This document shows positions 19,194-28,268 of a stretch of 28,268 nucleotides of DNA, in pieces. Origin of the DNA: Alphaproteobacteria bacterium (GTDB lineage: Bacteria; Pseudomonadota; Alphaproteobacteria; Rhizobiales; Xanthobacteraceae); contig VAZQ01000158.1 in NCBI GenBank assembly GCA_005883115.1, positions 5,113-33,380 of the forward strand, in the 5' to 3' direction. Both the position numbers and the translations under genes were made by a program. Each line of letters opens with the position of its first letter. Within the stretch, counting starts at the first letter, position 1. Below the pieces are notes generated by a model. The model was not told where the DNA came from. It was given only the letters and a program-made list of their open reading frames with translations, and ran no database searches.

Positions 19194-19469
19194 TTACTCC
19201 GCCTTGGCTTTGGACCGCCTGGCACGCTTCGGCTTGGCCGGTTTTTCCGACGGCGCCGGTGCTGGCGCGGGAGCGGGCTGGCCCGAGCGCTTTTGTGCCG
19301 CGATCGTCTTGATGCGCGCGATGTCGCGACGAACCTGCCGAACACGCGCGGTATTCTCGAGCTGCCCGGTTGCCCGCTGAAAGCGCAGATTGAATCGCTC
19401 CTTCTTGAGCTTGAGAAACTCATCGTCAAGCTGGTCGACCGTCATGGCACGCACATCAGAAGACTTCAT
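19194..19469 (-). CDS. rpmC: 50S ribosomal protein L29 with Pro/Ala/Lys-rich C-terminal extension
   Basis: [29 protein letters not shown]. Confidence 0.96.
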   Translation of the reverse strand: MKSSDVRAMTVDQLDDEFLKLKKERFNLRFQRATGQLENTARVRQVRRDIARIKTIAAQKRSGQPAPAPAPAPSEKPAKPKRARRSKAKAE

Positions 19470-19484
19470 CGTTCGCTCCCGACC

Positions 19485-19898
19485 CTATTCTGCGATCCGC
19501 TCGATGAACCGCGTTTTGATCGGCAACTTGGCTGCAGCGAGTCCAAGCGCCTCGCGCGCCATCGTCTCCGACACGCCATCGACCTCAAACAAGATTCGAC
19601 CCGGCTTGACGCGGGTCACCCACAGCTCGGGAGCCCCCTTTCCAGAGCCCATGCGCACTTCGAGCGGCTTCTTTGACACGGGGACGTCGGGATAGATGCG
19701 AATCCAGACCCGGCCCGCCCGTTTCATGTGGCGCGTGAGCGCCCGACGCGCAGCCTCGATCTGGCGTGCCGTGACGCGCTCCGGCTCCAAGGCCTTGAGC
19801 CCGAACTGGCCGAACGCCAGGTCCACACCCGAGGTTGCGATTCCCTTTATGCGACCCTTGTGCGCCTTGCGGAATTTCGTGCGCATCGGTTGCAGCAT
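19485..19898 (-). CDS. rplP: 50S ribosomal protein L16
   Basis: [41 protein letters not shown]. Confidence 0.98.
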   Translation of the reverse strand: MLQPMRTKFRKAHKGRIKGIATSGVDLAFGQFGLKALEPERVTARQIEAARRALTRHMKRAGRVWIRIYPDVPVSKKPLEVRMGSGKGAPELWVTRVKPGRILFEVDGVSETMAREALGLAAAKLPIKTRFIERIAE

Positions 19899-19933
19899 GG
19901 CTGTTCGCCTTTCTTATCCCGCTATATTGCCGC

Positions 19934-20632
19934 TCACGGCACGTCGCGACGCGGACGCCCCGCCTCGCCTTCCGCCATCTTCTTGTCCTGCGCCATCGGG
20001 TCATGCTCCATGATCTCGCCCTTGAAAATCCAGACCTTGACCCCGCAGGTGCCATACGTCGTAAAGGCCGTGGCCACCCCATAATCGACATCAGCGCGCA
20101 ATGTGTGCAGCGGCACGCGGCCCTCGCGATACCATTCCATGCGTGCGATCTCGGCGCCGCCCAGGCGTCCTGAGCAATTGATGCGAATACCGCCCGCACC
20201 AAGCCGCATTGCGGACTGTACTGCCCGCTTCATGGCACGGCGGAAGGCGACCCGGCGCTCCAGCTGTTGAGCGATCGATTCGGCAACGAGCTGAGCATCG
20301 AGCTCCGGTTTGCGAATCTCGACGATGTTGATCACGACGTCGGATTTCGTGAGCTTGGTGACCTTGCGGCGAAGCTTCTCGATATCGGCACCCTTCTTGC
20401 CGATGACAACCCCTGGCCGCGCCGATTGAACGGTGACACGGCACTTCTTGTGCGGCCGCTCGATCACGATCTTCGATACGGCGGCCTGCTTGAGATCCTT
20501 CATCAGCTCTTCGCGGATCTTCATATCCTCATGCAGTAATTGGCTGTACTCGTTCTTGCCCGAGTACCAGCGGGAATCCCAGGTCCGGTTGATGCCGAGC
20601 CGCAAGCCGAGTGGATTGACCTTCTGACCCAT
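19934..20632 (-). CDS. rpsC: 30S ribosomal protein S3
   Basis: [55 protein letters not shown]. Confidence 0.98.
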   Translation of the reverse strand: MGQKVNPLGLRLGINRTWDSRWYSGKNEYSQLLHEDMKIREELMKDLKQAAVSKIVIERPHKKCRVTVQSARPGVVIGKKGADIEKLRRKVTKLTKSDVVINIVEIRKPELDAQLVAESIAQQLERRVAFRRAMKRAVQSAMRLGAGGIRINCSGRLGGAEIARMEWYREGRVPLHTLRADVDYGVATAFTTYGTCGVKVWIFKGEIMEHDPMAQDKKMAEGEAGRPRRDVP

Positions 20633-20642
20633 GGTTCACCTC

Positions 20643-21026
20643 TTATGAAGCTGTGGCTTCCACCTCGCGCACGACGATGGTCAGATGCGCGAACGGCTTT
20701 AAGATCCGGCCGACGCGGCCGCGCCCGCGCGGGTGAAACCGCTTGAGCACGATCGCCTTACCAACATGCGCCTCCGCGACGACGAGATCATCGACGTCGA
20801 GATCGTGATTGTTCTCGGCGTTGGCGATCGCCGATTCGAGGCACTTGCGCACCTCGCGCGCGACGCGCTTACGCGAAAATTCCAAGTCGGCCAGAGCACT
20901 CGCGACCTTCTTGCCACGGATGAGTTGGGCGACGAGATTCAGCTTCTGCGGGCTCACCCGCAGCATGCGGGCAACCGCTTTCGCTTCGTTTTCGGCGAGC
21001 GCGCGCTCGCGTGCCTTCTTGCCCAT
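20643..21026 (-). CDS. rplV: 50S ribosomal protein L22
   Basis: ATG 21026; [34 protein letters not shown]. Confidence 0.97.
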   Translation of the reverse strand: MGKKARERALAENEAKAVARMLRVSPQKLNLVAQLIRGKKVASALADLEFSRKRVAREVRKCLESAIANAENNHDLDVDDLVVAEAHVGKAIVLKRFHPRGRGRVGRILKPFAHLTIVVREVEATAS

Positions 21027-21036
21027 CTTCGCCCTC

Positions 21037-21396
21037 TCAGCTCTGCGAGGTGCCGCCCGTCGGCGCCACTGCAGCTGTGCCAGGCGCAGCCGGCGCGGTA
21101 CCCGCAACCGCAGGACCGGCCGTACGTTTCGCCCTCCGGTCCGATGAATGGCCATAGAACATGCGCGTGGGGGCGAACTCGCCGAACTTATGACCGACCA
21201 TTTCCTCGGTCACGAGCACCGGAATATGCTTCTGGCCGTTATAGACGCCGAAGGTGAGTCCGACGAACTGCGGTAGAATGGTCGAACGCCGGCTCCAGAT
21301 CCTAATCATTTCATGGCGGCCCGACGAGCGCGACGCCTCTGCCTTCTTGAGCAGATAGCCGTCGACGAACGGGCCCTTCCAGATTGAACGCGCCAT
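21037..21396 (-). CDS. rpsS: 30S ribosomal protein S19 with about 27-aa C-terminal extension
   Basis: [39 protein letters not shown]. Confidence 0.97.
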   Translation of the reverse strand: MARSIWKGPFVDGYLLKKAEASRSSGRHEMIRIWSRRSTILPQFVGLTFGVYNGQKHIPVLVTEEMVGHKFGEFAPTRMFYGHSSDRRAKRTAGPAVAGTAPAAPGTAAVAPTGGTSQS

Positions 21397-21410
21397 GGTG
21401 CAGTCCTCGT

Positions 21411-22244
21411 CTACTTCTTCCGCGCGTGGCGACTTGCGATGATGAATTTGCTGGTGGATTTATTCCTGCGGGTCTTTTTGCCCTTGGTGGGAAAGCCCCA
21501 CGGCGTCACCGGATGCCGCCCGCCCGAAGTACGGCCCTCGCCGCCGCCATGCGGGTGGTCGATTGGATTCATCGACACGCCGCGATTGTGCGGCATGCGG
21601 CCCATCCAGCGCTTGCGTCCAGCCTTGCCGATGGAAATATTCATGTGGTCCGGATTGGACACCGCGCCGATCGTCGCCATGCAGCGCCCGTGCACCAGGC
21701 GCTGCTCGCCCGAGTTGAGACGCAAAATGACATATTGACCGTCCCGACCGACGATCTGGGCATAACTACCGGCCGAGCGCGCGATTTGCCCGCCTTTTCC
21801 GATCTTGATCTCGACATTGTGCACGATCGTGCCGATCGGCACGTTTCCGGCCGGCATGGCATTGCCCGGCTTCACATCGGCGTGCTCGCTTGAAAGGACC
21901 ATATCTCCCTGCGCAAGTCGCTGCGGCGCCAATATATAAGCGAGCTCGCCGTCCTCGTACTTGATCAATGCGATGTACCCGGTGCGGTTGGGATCGTATT
22001 CGATCCGCTCAACCTTGGCGGCCACGTCGAGCTTACAGCGTTTGAAGTCGATCTTGCGGTAGGCCTGCTTGTGACCGCCACCGCGAAACCGCACGGTAAT
22101 GCGCCCATTGTTGTTGCGCCCACCGCTCGCCTTGCTGCCTTCGGTCAGCGTCTTCACCGGTGCGCCGCGATGCAGGCCCGAGCGGTCGACCAGCACGAGT
22201 TGACGCTGGCTCGGAGTCACCGGGTTGTATGACTTGAGTGCCAT
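21411..22244 (-). CDS. rplB: 50S ribosomal protein L2
   Basis: [42 protein letters not shown]. Confidence 0.98.
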   Translation of the reverse strand: MALKSYNPVTPSQRQLVLVDRSGLHRGAPVKTLTEGSKASGGRNNNGRITVRFRGGGHKQAYRKIDFKRCKLDVAAKVERIEYDPNRTGYIALIKYEDGELAYILAPQRLAQGDMVLSSEHADVKPGNAMPAGNVPIGTIVHNVEIKIGKGGQIARSAGSYAQIVGRDGQYVILRLNSGEQRLVHGRCMATIGAVSNPDHMNISIGKAGRKRWMGRMPHNRGVSMNPIDHPHGGGEGRTSGGRHPVTPWGFPTKGKKTRRNKSTSKFIIASRHARKK

Positions 22245-22256
22245 CGCGCCGCTTCC

Positions 22257-22556
22257 TCACAGACCCGTTGTCACATCGATCTTATGGCCCTCTTCGAGGG
22301 TCACGATCGCGCGCTTGACCTGCGACTGCTCGCCCACAGTCCCTTTGAAAGCCTTGACCTTGCCTTTGCGCAGATGCGTATTGACGCTCTTGACTTTGAC
22401 GTCGAACAGCTTCTCGACCGCCTCCTTGATCTGCGGCTTGGTCGCATTCCTGGCGACCTTGAACATCACTTGGTTGCGCTCCGAAGCGAGCGTCGCTTTC
22501 TCGGTAATCACCGGCGAGATGATCACATCGTAGTGGCGGGGATCGGTGGTGCTCAT
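22257..22556 (-). CDS. rplW: 50S ribosomal protein L23
   Basis: [38 protein letters not shown]. Confidence 0.97.
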   Translation of the reverse strand: MSTTDPRHYDVIISPVITEKATLASERNQVMFKVARNATKPQIKEAVEKLFDVKVKSVNTHLRKGKVKAFKGTVGEQSQVKRAIVTLEEGHKIDVTTGL

Positions 22557-23173
22557 TTGAATCGCGCCTCCAACGCTTCCAGTGCCGACTTTGTCAGCAC
22601 GAGCATCTGCCGCCGCAGGATGTCGTACACGTTGATGCCTTGCACCGGGAGCACGTCGATGTCGGGGATGTTGCGCGCGGCGAGGGCAAAATTCGCCTCA
22701 AGCTGGGCGCCGTCGATGATGAGCGCACTGGTGAGGCCGAGCTTGGCGAAATTGTGCCGCAGCGTGCCGGTCTTCGCGTCTTTCAGGCTCGCCTTATCGA
22801 GAACGATGATGCCACCGTCCCTCGCCTTGGCGGACAAGGCGTGCTTGAGGGCGAGGGCGCGAACCTTCTTCGGCAGACCGGTCGCGTGGCTGCGCGGCGT
22901 CGGCCCGAACGAGCGGCCGCCGCCGCGGAAGAGATTGACCCTGGCGGGGCCATGACGTGCCGAACCGGTACCCTTTTGCCGGTACATTTTTTTGCCGGTG
23001 CGGTTGATCTCACTGCGGTTCTTCACGTCATGCGTGCCGCGCTGGCGTTTGGCGAGCTGCCAGCGCACACAGCGGTGCAAGATGTCTGATCTCGGCTCGA
23101 GGCCGAAGATCGCGTCCGGCAGTTCGACCGAACCTGCCGCCTTGCCGTCGAGCGAGACGATCTTGAGTTCCAT
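22553..23173 (-). CDS. rplD: 50S ribosomal protein L4
   Basis: ATG 23173; [35 protein letters not shown]. Confidence 0.97.
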   Translation of the reverse strand: MELKIVSLDGKAAGSVELPDAIFGLEPRSDILHRCVRWQLAKRQRGTHDVKNRSEINRTGKKMYRQKGTGSARHGPARVNLFRGGGRSFGPTPRSHATGLPKKVRALALKHALSAKARDGGIIVLDKASLKDAKTGTLRHNFAKLGLTSALIIDGAQLEANFALAARNIPDIDVLPVQGINVYDILRRQMLVLTKSALEALEARFK

Positions 23174-23174
23174 G

Positions 23175-23921
23175 TCAGGCACCTTCGGCCTTGCCCGCCT
23201 GGTCCGCTTCAGCCGGCGCTGCTTCGCCGGTGCCGCCGGCGCTCTCCGGCAGACGGAACTTGCCGGGTTTGGGAGCGTCTGTCGGCAATCTTTTCTTCAC
23301 CGCATCGCGAAGCGTGATCCAACCGCCCTTCGCGCCCGGCACCGCGCCCTCGACCAGGATGAGGCCGCGCTCGACGTCGGTCTGCACCACCTTGAGGTTG
23401 AGAGTGGTGACACGCTCGACGCCCAAGTGCCCCGGCATTTTCTTATTCTTGAACGTCTTCCCGGGATCCTGGCGGCCGCCCGTCGACCCGATCGAACGGT
23501 GTGAGATGGACACTCCGTGCGAGGCGCGCAGTCCGCCAAAGTTCCAGCGCTTCATACCGCCCGCAAACCCCTTACCAATCGACGTTCCCGTGACGTCGAC
23601 AAATTGGCCGACGACGAAATGGTCGGCAGTGATCTCGGCACCCACCGGTATCAGCTCGCTCTCGTCCACCCGGAACTCGGCGAGCTTGCGTTTGGGCTCG
23701 ACCTTTGCAACGGCGAAATGGCCGCGCGTGGCCTTTGTCAAGCTCTTTGGCTTGCGGGTGCCGGAGCCGAGCTGCAGCGCGACATAGCCGTTCTTATCTT
23801 TCGTGCGGTGGCCGACAACCTGGCAGTTGGCAAGGCGTAACACCGTGACCGGCACATGCTCGCCAGCGTCGGTAAAGACGCGCGTCATCCCGACTTTCTG
23901 TGCGATTACCCCTGAACGCAT
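23175..23921 (-). CDS. rplC: 50S ribosomal protein L3
   Basis: ATG 23921; [60 protein letters not shown]. Confidence 0.97.
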   Translation of the reverse strand: MRSGVIAQKVGMTRVFTDAGEHVPVTVLRLANCQVVGHRTKDKNGYVALQLGSGTRKPKSLTKATRGHFAVAKVEPKRKLAEFRVDESELIPVGAEITADHFVVGQFVDVTGTSIGKGFAGGMKRWNFGGLRASHGVSISHRSIGSTGGRQDPGKTFKNKKMPGHLGVERVTTLNLKVVQTDVERGLILVEGAVPGAKGGWITLRDAVKKRLPTDAPKPGKFRLPESAGGTGEAAPAEADQAGKAEGA

Positions 23922-23949
23922 CGTTGTGGTCTCTCTGGTCCGGTTCCGC

Positions 23950-24258
23950 TCAGAGCTTGATCTCGACGTCGACACCAGCGGCAAGATCGAGCTTCATGAG
24001 CGCGTCCACCGTCTGCGGCGTTGGATCGACAATGTCGAGCAGCCGCTTGTGCGTGCGCATCTCGAACTGCTCACGGCTCTTCTTGTCGATGTGAGGCGAA
24101 CGGTTGACCGTGAATTTCTCGATCTTCGTCGGCAGCGGAATTGGACCTCGCACTTGCGCGCCCGTGCGCTTGGCAGTGGCCACGATCTCACGCGTCGACG
24201 CATCGAGGATGCGGTGATCGAACGCCTTGAGCCGGATCCGAATGTTCTGGCCGTTCAT
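23950..24258 (-). CDS. rpsJ: 30S ribosomal protein S10
   Basis: [43 protein letters not shown]. Confidence 0.98.
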   Translation of the reverse strand: MNGQNIRIRLKAFDHRILDASTREIVATAKRTGAQVRGPIPLPTKIEKFTVNRSPHIDKKSREQFEMRTHKRLLDIVDPTPQTVDALMKLDLAAGVDVEIKL

Positions 24259-24265
24259 GATATGT

Positions 24266-24374
24266 CAGATGACGGACGACAGATGACGAAGGACGGACGA
24301 CGAAAGTCATCGCATCGGCTCGCTTTGTCTGTCCTCTGTCCTCTGTCCTCCGTCCCTGTCGTCTGGCGTCTGTC
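24266..24374. repeat. Imperfect inverted repeat made of tandem 7-mers (CRGASGA-like) in the tuf-rpsJ spacer
   Basis: CAGATGA-CGGACGA-CAGATGA-CGAAGGA-CGGACGA-CGAAAG, 16-nt loop, then CTTTGTC-TGTCCTC-TGTCCTC-TGTCCTC-CGTCCC-TGTCGTC-TGGCGTC-TGTC. Confidence 0.8.
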
Positions 24375-24379
24375 GCCTG

Positions 24380-25588
24380 CTACTCGGTGATACTGACCAC
24401 GACGCCGGCGCCGACGGTTTTGCCGCCCTCGCGGATGGCAAACCGCTGCTTCTCCTCCATCGCAATCGGCGTGATCAGCTCCACATCCATCGCCGCATTG
24501 TCCCCCGGCATGATCATCTCCGTCCCCGCCGGCAGCGTCACGTGACCGGTCACGTCCGTGGTGCGGAAGTAAAACTGCGGACGGTAGTTGTTGAAGAACG
24601 GCGTGTGCCGGCCCCCTTCCTCCTTGGTCAGGATGTACGCCTCCGCCTTGAACTTCTTGTGCGGCTTCACCGAGCCCGGCTTGCACAGAACCTGCCCGCG
24701 CTCCACCGCATCCTTGTCGATCCCGCGCAACAGGCAGCCCACATTGTCCCCCGCAACCCCCTCGTCCAGAAGCTTGCGGAACATCTCAACCCCCGTCACC
24801 ACCGACTTCTGCGTGTCCCGCAGCCCCACGATCTCAACTTCCTCTCCCACCTTGATCTTGCCGCGCTCGATCCGACCCGTCACAACCGTGCCGCGCCCAG
24901 AGATCGAGAACACGTCCTCAATCGGCATCAAAAACGGCTGGTCGATCGGCCGCTCCGGCAGCGGCACGAACTCATCCAGCGCCTCGAACAGCTTGAGCAC
25001 CGCCGCATCCGCAAATTCGCCCTTCTCCCCGCTGAGCGCCTTGATCGCAGCCCCGCGGATCACCGGAACCTTGTCGCCGGGAAACTGGTACTTGGTCAAA
25101 AGCTCGCGCACCTCCAGCTCCACCAGATCGAGAAGCTCGGGGTCGTCAACCACGTCCACCTTGTTGAGAAAAACCACGATGTAGGGAACGCCAACCTGGC
25201 GCGCCAACAGAATGTGCTCGCGCGTCTGCGGCATCGGACCGTCCGCCGCCGATACCACCAGGATCGCGCCATCCATCTGCGCCGCCCCCGTGATCATGTT
25301 CTTGACGTAGTCGGCATGGCCCGGGCAGTCCACGTGCGCGTAGTGGCGCTTCTGCGTGGAATATTCCACGTGGCTCGTCGCAATCGTCAAAATCTTGGTC
25401 GGATCGCGCCGCCCCTGGCTCTCCGACGCCTTCGCCACCTGGTCGTAGCTCACAAAATTCGGCGTCCAACCCTTGTCCGCCGACACCTTCGTCAGCGCAG
25501 CCGTCAGCGTCGTCTTGCCGTGGTCCACGTGACCAATCGTCCCAACATTGCAATGCGGCTTCGTGCGTTCGAATTTCTGTTTGGCCAT
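24380..25588 (-). CDS. tuf: Elongation factor Tu, variant with extended non-canonical switch I
   Basis: [59 protein letters not shown]; 402 aa; follows fusA. Confidence 0.98.
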   Translation of the reverse strand: MAKQKFERTKPHCNVGTIGHVDHGKTTLTAALTKVSADKGWTPNFVSYDQVAKASESQGRRDPTKILTIATSHVEYSTQKRHYAHVDCPGHADYVKNMITGAAQMDGAILVVSAADGPMPQTREHILLARQVGVPYIVVFLNKVDVVDDPELLDLVELEVRELLTKYQFPGDKVPVIRGAAIKALSGEKGEFADAAVLKLFEALDEFVPLPERPIDQPFLMPIEDVFSISGRGTVVTGRIERGKIKVGEEVEIVGLRDTQKSVVTGVEMFRKLLDEGVAGDNVGCLLRGIDKDAVERGQVLCKPGSVKPHKKFKAEAYILTKEEGGRHTPFFNNYRPQFYFRTTDVTGHVTLPAGTEMIMPGDNAAMDVELITPIAMEEKQRFAIREGGKTVGAGVVVSITE

Positions 25589-25638
25589 GGCTCGGCTCCT
25601 GTGCGACCTTTCTCAACTAAGCTGCATCGAGCGGGGTC

Positions 25639-27711
<2,073 letters not shown>

Positions 27712-27743
27712 GAGCGGTTAATTCCCTAATCTCTTGCTGACCA

Positions 27744-28229
<486 letters not shown>

Positions 28230-28268
28230 CTATTCCATCGCTCGCCGGAGCAGCCGGCCACGGGTTTA

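Noticed and set aside
17486-23984. Long N-terminal extensions given by the ORF track for rplE (18430), rplN (19060), rplV (21155), rplC (23984), and secY (14470)
   Set aside because: They run through upstream genes or spacers; downstream ATGs match the known N-termini
24266-24374. Short repeats as a CRISPR array
   Set aside because: 7-nt units with no unique spacers, inverted arrangement and no cas genes
24400-24830. Known elfamycin-resistance substitutions in EF-Tu
   Set aside because: Positions equivalent to E. coli G257, G275, G316, Q329, R333, T334 and A375 appear wild type, as do Q124, R230 and R233 further upstream in the gene

Overview
GC-rich alphaproteobacterial window, Hyphomicrobiales/Rhizobiales-like judging from the protein sequences and gene order. 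On the + strand (38-4749) is a three-gene operon: a GltD/NfnB-like flavoprotein with a fused ferredoxin domain, then 2-oxoacid:acceptor oxidoreductase alpha and beta. Everything else is on the - strand: the str-S10-spc-alpha cluster from rpsG to rplQ, then a di-heme cytochrome c, degQ, rarA and rluC. Three things stand out. (1) tuf encodes a non-canonical EF-Tu: switch I is rebuilt ([18 protein letters not shown] instead of DxAPEExARGITI), the G5 motif is altered and codon usage differs from its neighbours, suggesting a xenologous or mosaic gene, or a chimeric assembly. (2) Three clean 20-31 nt deletions relative to homologues (degQ in frame; rpoA and rpsH frameshifting) are most likely assembly artefacts but need read-level checks. 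(3) Two intergenic hairpins are built from tandem 7-mers, and several ribosomal proteins carry low-complexity extensions. All homologue comparisons are from recalled family consensus, not database searches.
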